54,417 nt of DNA from a virus. Taxonomy: Duplodnaviria; Caudoviricetes. The stretch is taken from IMG/VR virus record IMGVR_UViG_3300049893_000864, positions 1 through 54,417 of that record. One strand, given 5' to 3'. The notes beneath the pieces are model-generated. The model searched no databases and was not told the DNA's origin. It was given only the letters and a program-made list of their open reading frames with translations. Made by a program: the position numbers and the translations under genes. Shown here piece after piece: positions 36,357 through 43,979 of the stretch (positions are counted from its first letter, which is position 1; every line of letters starts with the position of its first letter).

Positions 36357-36615
36357 TAGGTGCAGCTTGGGGTTTGAAGTTTCGAACCTTCAGCTACCAA
36401 GTCTAGTCGCACACTTGTTCGCATTCCGCTCTTGCCCTTGCAAGCCTAGACTCTACACCCTTGTTAGGGCAGGATTGCTCTAGTCAGCTTCGCTCGATGC
36501 GCTCAAGCTTAATGTGCCGCTTGCCATGCCAAGCTACCTGCACCTAACTTGATTGTCAATAGGGGCAGCTTGGGGCTTTCGCCGGGTCAAGCCTTCAACC
36601 CCAAGCTACCTGCAC
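36349..36615 (-). repeat. Two tandem stem-bounded elements sharing 15-nt and 24-nt terminal repeats
   Basis: ccaagctacctgcac at 36529-36543 and 36601-36615; attgtcaatagg(t/g)gcagcttgggg at 36349-36372 and 36552-36575; the two repeats are mutually complementary. Confidence 0.85.
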
Positions 36616-36625
36616 ACATTACACC

Positions 36626-36979
36626 TTAGTCCGCTTGTGCCCACAAGTACAGACCAACGTTCGCATTCTTCGTAAACCCGACCTTGATGTTGTCCTTTCG
36701 CATTTGGAAACACATGGTCAGGTTGCCGTTCACGGGCAGCAGTTCGTAACCCTTCTTGAGGAACACGTCAACTACTGAAGCTTCGGCCTGATGCTGCGCT
36801 TGCCACGATCCTTCGTGCCAAACGGCATCGAAACCCGTCGCAGCTTCACCCTTAACTTCGGCACCGAGACTCAGAAGAGTATCCGCAATATCCATGAGTT
36901 GTTGCTCGGTCTTAACTTCGGCACTCGGTGCCTTTTGTTCGATCAGTTGCTTCGTCACTTTCGTTCCTTGTTCGTTCAT
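36626..36979 (-). CDS. Hypothetical protein
   Basis: ATG 9 nt after the -10 box of P20 (near-leaderless). Confidence 0.75.
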   Translation of the reverse strand: MNEQGTKVTKQLIEQKAPSAEVKTEQQLMDIADTLLSLGAEVKGEAATGFDAVWHEGSWQAQHQAEASVVDVFLKKGYELLPVNGNLTMCFQMRKDNIKVGFTKNANVGLYLWAQAD

Positions 36980-36988
36980 CGTTTGAGT

Positions 36989-37017
36989 ATTATGCCATAA
37001 AGGGGATTATTTGTCAA
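36989..37017 (-). promoter_or_regulatory. Early promoter P20
   Basis: TTGACA-17-CATAAT; IHF-like variant at 37027-37039. Confidence 0.88.
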
Positions 37018-37042
37018 CCCCCTTCGTAAGTCCTTGTTTTGC

Positions 37043-37312
37043 TTACTTAATCAGGCCCAGACTTGCTTCAAGCGAGTCAAACAGTCGCTGGCATTCTACC
37101 ACCAACGACAGCAGTTCTTCGCCGCTGGAAGAGGATTCTTCTGCATTTGCGGCCACTTGGCCCTTGAGGTTCGCTTGAGAGAACTGGAACACTTCATTGA
37201 TTAGCGCCTGTGCTTCCATTACCAGATCAAGAGCATCTGTCAGATTGTCACACGCCTGATCCATTTTCTCCACCTGTTCCCGGATTGCTTCTGCCTTCTT
37301 ATTCATGTTCAT
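37043..37312 (-). CDS. Acidic helical hypothetical protein
   Basis: Co-oriented ORF. Confidence 0.7.
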   Translation of the reverse strand: MNMNKKAEAIREQVEKMDQACDNLTDALDLVMEAQALINEVFQFSQANLKGQVAANAEESSSSGEELLSLVVECQRLFDSLEASLGLIK

Positions 37313-37318
37313 TACCTT

Positions 37319-37657
37319 TTAACCGATAGTGGCAAGTGTTGCCACAATATACGCTTCAATCTGAGCAGTTTCATCTTCAGTGAAGTTTTCGATGCCCACA
37401 CCGAGACGTGCGTTGACTGCCAGCTTGAGCAGCTTGTTCGCATCGTTAACCATGTCGGACACTCGCTTGAACGCTTCAATCACCGCTTGTGCGTCCGCTC
37501 GCACCATGTCATCCTTAGTGCCTTCCTCGTTGTCCTTCGTCGCCTCACTCATGATGCGATCAAGCGTATCACGATCCACCTTTGTCATATATCCCTTCGC
37601 CGTCTTATTGAGCGCATCTTCCACCCATGCGTCAAACGTAGTCAGTATTGTACTCAT
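37319..37657 (-). CDS. Acidic helical hypothetical protein
   Basis: Co-oriented ORF. Confidence 0.75.
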   Translation of the reverse strand: MSTILTTFDAWVEDALNKTAKGYMTKVDRDTLDRIMSEATKDNEEGTKDDMVRADAQAVIEAFKRVSDMVNDANKLLKLAVNARLGVGIENFTEDETAQIEAYIVATLATIG

Positions 37658-37659
37658 TG

Positions 37660-37992
37660 TTAGCCCATCGGGTTTACACGCCGAAGAATGCTATCAACGT
37701 TTTCGAATGCATCGAATTCTGCGTCAGCGTTGAGCGCCGGATCGACATGAAACGTGACATGCAAGGCTTCGTCTTGTTGATCGAACATACACGTAAATCC
37801 CATCGTTCCCATGTGCTCGATCTCTTTGTTGTTCAACGCTTCAATGATAAAACCAATGATAGCATCAAACACTCTTTGCCTTACGACTTCCTTGCGTTGA
37901 TGGAAGAAGTAAATGTTGTTGTCCGCAATGTAGTTTTGTGTGCGTTCCAGTTGTTCCATCGAACAAACAATGCGCCTGTTGCCTTCGTTCAT
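37660..37992 (-). CDS. Hypothetical protein
   Basis: First gene after P21; RBS aagga. Confidence 0.7.
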   Translation of the reverse strand: MNEGNRRIVCSMEQLERTQNYIADNNIYFFHQRKEVVRQRVFDAIIGFIIEALNNKEIEHMGTMGFTCMFDQQDEALHVTFHVDPALNADAEFDAFENVDSILRRVNPMG

Positions 37993-38027
37993 ATCTTAGT
38001 TCCTTCGTTCGTTGTACGATATGAAGT

Positions 38028-38056
38028 ATTATGTCACAATTCGGATTATTTGTCAA
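38028..38056 (-). promoter_or_regulatory. Early promoter P21
   Basis: TTGACA-17-CATAAT. Confidence 0.88.
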
Positions 38057-38288
38057 CCCCCTTAGCTTCCTCATTCCTTGATCCCTTCGGTCGCCCTTTG
38101 GAGGCACTTCGTACACCAATACCTTTGAGCCTTTCGATTATTTCTTCGCTTATTGCATCTTGGAGACACGTCATACACCAATACACTGTTTTGTCCGAAT
38201 CAAGACACACTTCGATCACATAATCTTCGTCGCCACATTCTTGACACTTGGGAGTAACCTTCGTTTCGTTCATATTCATATCACTCAT
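38046..38288 (-). CDS. Small Zn-finger protein (paralogue A)
   Basis: CQECGDEDYVIEV...YWCMTCLQ; ends GVDK*. Confidence 0.7.
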   Translation of the reverse strand: MSDMNMNETKVTPKCQECGDEDYVIEVCLDSDKTVYWCMTCLQDAISEEIIERLKGIGVRSASKGRPKGSRNEEAKGVDK

Positions 38289-38427
38289 CTTCGCCCGCCG
38301 CCCTTTGGAGGCACTTCATACACCAGTACATTACTTCACCTGAATCGAATTCCACTTCGATCACATAATCTTCGTCGCCACACTCTTCGCACTTGGGTCT
38401 TACACTCGTTTTCTCGTTCATATTCAT
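38281..38427 (-). CDS. Small Zn-finger protein (paralogue B)
   Basis: CEECGDEDYVIEV...YWCMKCLQ; start reassigned. Confidence 0.65.
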   Translation of the reverse strand: MNMNEKTSVRPKCEECGDEDYVIEVEFDSGEVMYWCMKCLQRAAGEDE

Positions 38428-38802
38428 CACCTTAAAGTTGTACAATTTTTGTACAGTTGTCATAGACAAACTTGCATTATTTTGAGGGTTTAACAAACCT
38501 TCCACGTAGGGTAGTACCAGAACGTGCAAAAACTCGAGTTTTGCCTTTTTTTTCCCTATGAGAAAAATCTAATTAATCTCGGTTTTGGCCTTTTCCTCGG
38601 GCTTTTCGCCAGCCCTTCGGTCACTTCATGCACCATTTGGGTGCATGTTAGCCTTGTCCGCTTGTGTAGTCCTCCACCGCCTTAACGCCCGCCCGAATCA
38701 GCGGCTTGATCCACTCGTACAGGTTGATTACACCAACGCTTACAACAATCGCAAGTAGCATGCTTACTGTCAATTGTGCCATACCCAAAAAGAATGCATC
38801 GA

Positions 38803-38985
38803 TCACTTCGGTTCTCCCGTATCTTGTCGCCTCTTGGTGTCACTTGTGACCGCACGTTGACGATCACCTTGCCACGGTTGTTCGTGTACGAATGCGATCA
38901 CGCCCGCAAACACGATTGCACTACCTAGCCATAGGTATGCAGTCACCTTTGAAATGTATTCAGTCAAATCCTTGAACGCCTTCAT
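38803..38985 (-). CDS. Small membrane protein
   Basis: One TM helix; RBS aaggag. Confidence 0.6.
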   Translation of the reverse strand: MKAFKDLTEYISKVTAYLWLGSAIVFAGVIAFVHEQPWQGDRQRAVTSDTKRRQDTGEPK

Positions 38986-39034
38986 CGCTTCACACTCCTT
39001 CAGTGCATCTTATACGTTCGCCGCCTTGATGCGA

Positions 39035-39277
39035 TCAAACGTCACAGGGCTTACCATCATCGACCACCTTTTGCGCTTTATGTCGCACTACAATGCGGTC
39101 AACTAGATCATTGATTTGATCGAGCCTGTTATAGATGCGGTCAACCTCGATGTGTGTCTCGCCTTCAACGTTCTCTGCCATTGCATCCTTGATCGCACAG
39201 ATCGCATCATACAGATGCGATGCAGCTTCCCTTAGATACCTTACTTGTTTGCTTGGTGGTTGTGTCATTCGATACAC
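39035..39277 (-). CDS. Hypothetical protein
   Basis: Co-oriented ORF. Confidence 0.65.
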   Translation of the reverse strand: MYRMTQPPSKQVRYLREAASHLYDAICAIKDAMAENVEGETHIEVDRIYNRLDQINDLVDRIVVRHKAQKVVDDGKPCDV

Positions 39278-39501
39278 CCTCGTTGTTTGCCATCGATCAT
39301 TAGACGTGGCGTTAGTGTTCCAGAACTTCCGACGAGATACTCACACTTGGTTTGTGGATCAATGCGGACGTCCACTTCGCCCGAGCGTGTGAACAGCAAG
39401 TATAGTAGATAACACAAAAAGACAAGCAATCCCGCCAAGATGATTGGGATGATTACCGAAAATGCATTATCCATAAAATCAAAAAATCGATTGGTATTCA
39501 T
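39265..39501 (-). CDS. Membrane-anchored DUF6440-like protein
   Basis: TM helix followed by IDPQTKCEYLVGSSGTLTPRLMIDGK. Confidence 0.65.
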   Translation of the reverse strand: MNTNRFFDFMDNAFSVIIPIILAGLLVFLCYLLYLLFTRSGEVDVRIDPQTKCEYLVGSSGTLTPRLMIDGKQRGCIE

Positions 39502-39516
39502 AGTTTACCTCGTTGT

Positions 39517-39774
39517 TTAGACTTGACCCGCTTCTAAATCCCATTGCACTGCCGCCGACTTGATTTCTTCAAGAGAGCAACTTGCTCGCAGGATTTGTTC
39601 ATGTACCGCACGGTTGATCCGCTTACCGTCAAACGTGGTAATATCAACATCACCCTTTTGCCGCCAATCCGGTTGTTCAATCACCACTTCAATTGATGGT
39701 TCCGGTTGATCGTTCCACTTCACGGAAATAAACGCACCAACCTTCACAACCTTCGACAGTTCCTTCTTATTCAT
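39517..39774 (-). CDS. Hypothetical protein
   Basis: First gene after P22; RBS aaggag. Confidence 0.7.
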   Translation of the reverse strand: MNKKELSKVVKVGAFISVKWNDQPEPSIEVVIEQPDWRQKGDVDITTFDGKRINRAVHEQILRASCSLEEIKSAAVQWDLEAGQV

Positions 39775-39800
39775 ATAGACACTCCTTCACGTAACGCCAT

Positions 39801-39829
39801 AGTATAGCATAATTAGCATTATTTGTCAA
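39801..39829 (-). promoter_or_regulatory. Early promoter P22
   Basis: TTGACA-17-TATACT. Confidence 0.85.
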
Positions 39830-40052
39830 CCCCTTCGGCATCGGGTGTAGTGATTGAATCAAGCGCCGCCGCTATGTTTGCGGTGTTTCCATCTTTTATG
39901 TATCGATAGTGTATCACTTGATGCGCTCGGCGCAGCGTTAGTACGATCAAATGATTCATACATACGTCCCAAAACTCTGGTTCATCTTCGTCGTAGAAGA
40001 TTGATGCCCACTCTTTTGCTTCTTCAATCAACTCTTTGCACTGTCTATTCAT
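39819..40052 (-). CDS. Hypothetical protein (paralogue of the next gene)
   Basis: ELIEEAKEWASIFYDEDEPEF; ends GVDK*; start reassigned. Confidence 0.7.
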   Translation of the reverse strand: MNRQCKELIEEAKEWASIFYDEDEPEFWDVCMNHLIVLTLRRAHQVIHYRYIKDGNTANIAAALDSITTPDAEGVDK

Positions 40053-40275
40053 CTTCTTCCTCCCGACTGCTAGTGATTGAATCAATCGCCACTGTTAGAC
40101 TTGGTGCGTTCTCACCTTGCGCTATGTTTCGATCAATTACGTACTTCACATGTTGCAGTGTTAGTTCGATCACACACTTGGCGACTTCATCAATAAACTC
40201 TGGTTCATCCTTATCGTAGAAAACTGATGCCCACTCTTTTGCTTCTTCAATCAACTGCTTTTGCACTTCGTTCAT
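40045..40275 (-). CDS. Hypothetical protein (paralogue)
   Basis: QLIEEAKEWASVFYDKDEPEF; RBS gagga. Confidence 0.7.
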   Translation of the reverse strand: MNEVQKQLIEEAKEWASVFYDKDEPEFIDEVAKCVIELTLQHVKYVIDRNIAQGENAPSLTVAIDSITSSREEEDE

Positions 40276-40285
40276 TTTGATCCTC

Positions 40286-40744
40286 TCATTCTGGCCTTTT
40301 CCCTAGTGCTATACCTAAATCGTATTCATCGAATATGATGAATTCCCAGTTTTGCTTCTTCGCCCACTTTTCTGCTGCTTCCCATTTTGCTTGATTGACC
40401 GCATATTCCGCTGCTTCATTCAAGTATCGTTTAGTCAATCTTGATCGCATCACCGGCACCTTTCGTTTAACCCACGGTTTGACTTCCACTAATGCTGTTC
40501 TTATTCGATTATCTTTGTCTTTCCACTTCATTACGAAATCCACAAAATACCTATGCGGCTTATTATCCAATGGCGATATGTATGGTATTGCCATTTCTTC
40601 AGATGCCCAGTTTATTACATTTGGTGATTCGTCCAACCATATCATTAGCTTTAGTTCCCAAGAACTGCGATATACGATATTATTTGTTGAACCCACATAT
40701 TTCGACGGGTTCTTTGGTTTGAATTTTCCCTGATGGAATTTCAT
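40286..40744 (-). CDS. gp4: Head completion nuclease gp4 (TnsA-like fold)
   Basis: GKFKPKNPSKYVG, YRSSWE, WASEE..IPYISP.D...HRYFVDF, VEVKP, VNQAKWEAA. Confidence 0.95.
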   Translation of the reverse strand: MKFHQGKFKPKNPSKYVGSTNNIVYRSSWELKLMIWLDESPNVINWASEEMAIPYISPLDNKPHRYFVDFVMKWKDKDNRIRTALVEVKPWVKRKVPVMRSRLTKRYLNEAAEYAVNQAKWEAAEKWAKKQNWEFIIFDEYDLGIALGKRPE

Positions 40745-40765
40745 TTTTCTCGTTCCGAAAATGCA

Positions 40766-40773
40766 TATAAATA
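40766..40773 (+). promoter_or_regulatory. T4 late promoter TATAAATA
   Basis: Exact T4 late consensus upstream of gp48. Confidence 0.75.
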
Positions 40774-40817
40774 ATGTACCTAGTGTATGTATTTAACAAC
40801 AACCGATTGGAAAGAAA

Positions 40818-41873
40818 ATGGCATCAAAGTTTCAGCCTAAGTTTAAAGACCAAACAGGACTAACTGGAGCATTTAGATTTGGTCCACCATCACCGGAATT
40901 TGGTGATGCACTTGCTTCACCAACAAACGGTGGCTACACCACGTACAAGTATCCTAGTGATATTGAGAATACTATGAGCAATGTGATGCTGTTTATGTTC
41001 AATTCTATTGAAGATGATCTTGAGATAAAGGGTACAGTTGCTGGATTGCCTCTAAATTGGGATGATTTAGTTGGGGCGGTTGTTGGAGAAGTTCCTATAC
41101 GGAATCGTGCATATCAAGCATTACACCAACAAGGTGAGTTAGACAAGATTATTGGTGCTATCAATAAAATCGACAAGTTGAATTTGGCTGGGTTGAAAAT
41201 GCGAAAATATAAGAGAATCAATAGAGCAGCTTTGTTACCAATGCCGACGGTTCAGGTAAGTTCTAATGCAAGATGGCAGGATATTGATGTCACTAGCGCC
41301 GTAGGTATGTTAGCAAATATTATGTTAAGCGACAAAAGCGGTGGTGATAAGCTTGTTGATACAATGCGTGACATGGGTACAGGATTCATGCATTTTGGTA
41401 TCGATAAAGCTACCGGAACAGAGGGACTTGGTAGTGCATTAACAAAGAGCGTAGGTAATTCGTATCAGGATCAAGCTTTCCAAGGCATGACACGTAGGCA
41501 ATTTCGATTTATTTGGAATTTAGCGCCGAAAAATCAAAAAGAAATGGACAACTTGCAGCAATTAATTGCATTATTTCGATTTCATGCTCACCCTAGTTTT
41601 TACGTTGACCAGAATAATTCCGGTAATTACTTGGTATTTCCAGAACAAATTGACGTTGAAATGTATACCAAGGACGAAAATGACTCATTTATCCAAAATG
41701 GTTGGGTGCCGAAAATTAGTTCATCTGTGATCGAATCGGTTGAAATTGACTACGCACCGAACAATCAATGGTCTTTCATTAAGAATGCGGGCGCACCTAC
41801 CCACTACACACTTACAGTTGCGATCAAGGAAGTATTGCCATTGACCAAAGCTGACATTGCGAGAGGCTTCTAA
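40818..41873 (+). CDS. gp48: Baseplate tail-tube cap gp48
   Basis: YKYPSD, LPMP, FQGMTRRQFRFIWNLAPKNQKE, FRFHAHP, IDYAPN, KEVLPLTK. Confidence 0.88.
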   Translation: MASKFQPKFKDQTGLTGAFRFGPPSPEFGDALASPTNGGYTTYKYPSDIENTMSNVMLFMFNSIEDDLEIKGTVAGLPLNWDDLVGAVVGEVPIRNRAYQALHQQGELDKIIGAINKIDKLNLAGLKMRKYKRINRAALLPMPTVQVSSNARWQDIDVTSAVGMLANIMLSDKSGGDKLVDTMRDMGTGFMHFGIDKATGTEGLGSALTKSVGNSYQDQAFQGMTRRQFRFIWNLAPKNQKEMDNLQQLIALFRFHAHPSFYVDQNNSGNYLVFPEQIDVEMYTKDENDSFIQNGWVPKISSSVIESVEIDYAPNNQWSFIKNAGAPTHYTLTVAIKEVLPLTKADIARGF

Positions 41874-42664
41874 TGGGACTCTTTACAGGCTATCCCGGCA
41901 TCGTTTATCCGTTAACCGACGAAAATGGTGTTGTATTACCATATACCTTAACTGACGTTACTACACGGGTTAAAATCGCCATGAGTCCTGAAGCGGTAAA
42001 GCAAATGACCTTTGCTTACCAGATTAAGGATGGCGAAACACCCGAATCGATTGCATTTGCTCAGTATGGTCAAGTTGGCTTGTATTGGACTATTATGCAC
42101 GTCAACAACATTTTCGACTACCTCAATGATTGGTGTATGTCTGCTGACAACTTGACTGCATTTTGCGAGGACAAATATGGCTTTACTGGCGACGAACCTA
42201 ACTACTTGAAAGTCATGTATTGGGCAGATGCTAATGGCAACTATGTTTTAAATGGCGATTCAGTTGATCCAAATGCAATCGGTGTTAGTGGATATTCAGG
42301 ATTGTTTACATATGGTTATTCTGGACTATCAGGCACGTCAGGCTATTCTGGCTATTCAGGACAGTCTGGTACATCAGGCTATTCCGGTTATTCTGGATAC
42401 GTTCACATTGACGGATTCAGCGGGCATAGCGGGTCTGGAATGAGTCCAAACACAACTGCGTCGCTATTAGAAGCCATGACGTTAGCTTATGTCAACTCCA
42501 CAACTGAAATATTAGATTGGTTCGATACATTACACCCAGTTACATACTTTGAATACGAATCGATTTTGAATGAGAAGAAACGTGAGATTCGATTGATTCG
42601 CAAGGAAAACCTTCGTAACTACGTGATTGCGTTCAACAATCAATTAGCTAGGACTATTCCGTAA
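41873..42664 (+). CDS. gp53: Baseplate wedge subunit gp53 (LysM) with an SGYSG insertion
   Basis: YQIKDGETPESIA...YWTIMHVNNI, VTYFEYE..LNEKKREIRLIR. Confidence 0.9.
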   Translation: MGLFTGYPGIVYPLTDENGVVLPYTLTDVTTRVKIAMSPEAVKQMTFAYQIKDGETPESIAFAQYGQVGLYWTIMHVNNIFDYLNDWCMSADNLTAFCEDKYGFTGDEPNYLKVMYWADANGNYVLNGDSVDPNAIGVSGYSGLFTYGYSGLSGTSGYSGYSGQSGTSGYSGYSGYVHIDGFSGHSGSGMSPNTTASLLEAMTLAYVNSTTEILDWFDTLHPVTYFEYESILNEKKREIRLIRKENLRNYVIAFNNQLARTIP

Positions 42665-43971
42665 TGCCTGACCTACAAGAACATATACAGTCTGCTGGTG
42701 ACATTATTTGGGATCACTGTGCGCTATCTAATGCTGCACAAACTAGACTAGATATTCTTTCGCTTGTTGCCGAAATGCATATCTTCGAAGATATGTTTAG
42801 TCATACCATGCATGGGTCTGCATACATCATCGATACACAAGATGTATTTGGCACCTTTCCTATCATCGGTCAAGAAATCCTCTATGTTAAGTTCAACACT
42901 CCAAAGCTTGAGTCCTTTGAAAAAGCATTTAGAGTTGTAAAGGTTGCCGAACGTTCAGTAGAAGGTAACAAGCAGGTATATCGCTTGTTCTTTGTTTCAC
43001 TTGATGGTTACTTTGATGTTTGCTTTACAGAAAACCGTTCATTGATTGGAACACCAGACCATATCATTGCTGACGTGCATGATAAAATGTGGAACTCATT
43101 CAATCTTGATAGTGACTTCAAGGGTGCATATAAACCAAAGCATCTGTTCAAGACTCCATCCAATGTATTGCGATTGGTATCTCCACAATGGAGTCCAATC
43201 AAGTGTATCAAATGGGCTGAACAACGTGCAGTAAACAAGTATGGCTCAAACGATTGGGTCTACTTTGAAACCTTTAAAGGCATTCACTTTTTGTCATTGA
43301 CTGAACACCTGTTTCAAGATGACAATCTATTCACTGAAAATGATAACATCACCATCGATGGGTTTGTGTACGATCATGCTCCAACAGATGCCGTTGACCT
43401 AGAATCCAGATACCGCAAGATTCATAAGCTTGAATACGTAACTACAAGCGATCAGCTTTCACAGATCATGAATCGTGCATACGGTCAAAAGGTCTACAAC
43501 CACGACCTATTCAACAAGAAGCTTTCGTTTGAAGTATGGCGCAAAGATGATGTATTTGGAACCGAAATCATCAATACTGATGATCTGATTTGGGCCGATG
43601 ACCCGTTCTTCAAAATCACTGATGACGCATATACTACAGTTGCTAACACATACCCAAAACGTCATAACGACATCACAGAGGATAAGGAAGTCTTAATGGA
43701 AAAGACTCGCCTCTCAATGCTTGGTAAGTTAGAGGCACAAAAGCTAAATGTAGAAGTATGGGGTCGAACTGATTTAACGGTCGGCAACAAGGTTCTCATT
43801 TACATTGGTAATTACACTCAACGCAAAGCTGACTTGATTGAAGGCGATGACCTTAGATCAACAGCTTCATATCTTATTACTGCTATTCATCACAGATTAT
43901 CACCATCACAACACAAAATGAGTTTCCAGTGCATTCGTGAGTCTACATTGAAACCATTGAACCCATTGTAA
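42664..43971 (+). CDS. Baseplate hub protein (gp27-position)
   Basis: IFEDMFSHTMHG, FPIIGQE, VSPQWSP, YFET, YLITAIHH; lies between gp53 and gp5. Confidence 0.8.
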   Translation: MPDLQEHIQSAGDIIWDHCALSNAAQTRLDILSLVAEMHIFEDMFSHTMHGSAYIIDTQDVFGTFPIIGQEILYVKFNTPKLESFEKAFRVVKVAERSVEGNKQVYRLFFVSLDGYFDVCFTENRSLIGTPDHIIADVHDKMWNSFNLDSDFKGAYKPKHLFKTPSNVLRLVSPQWSPIKCIKWAEQRAVNKYGSNDWVYFETFKGIHFLSLTEHLFQDDNLFTENDNITIDGFVYDHAPTDAVDLESRYRKIHKLEYVTTSDQLSQIMNRAYGQKVYNHDLFNKKLSFEVWRKDDVFGTEIINTDDLIWADDPFFKITDDAYTTVANTYPKRHNDITEDKEVLMEKTRLSMLGKLEAQKLNVEVWGRTDLTVGNKVLIYIGNYTQRKADLIEGDDLRSTASYLITAIHHRLSPSQHKMSFQCIRESTLKPLNPL

Positions 43972-43979
43972 GGTTAAAT

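Noticed and set aside
36375-36392. tRNA gene at the GUUCGAAA hairpin
   Set aside because: No acceptor stem, D arm, anticodon arm or CCA at canonical spacing.
21300-40250. Numerous plus-strand ORFs in the island
   Set aside because: All promoters, RBSs and terminators point to the minus strand; the plus-strand ORFs overlap better minus-strand genes.
38046-40275. Diversity-generating retroelement TR/VR pairs
   Set aside because: The duplicates are whole small genes, differences are not restricted to adenines, and there is no reverse transcriptase in the window.
40286-40744. TnsA transposase / Tn7 element
   Set aside because: Motifs and position divergent from gp48/gp53 match T4 gp4; no TnsB/C or terminal repeats.
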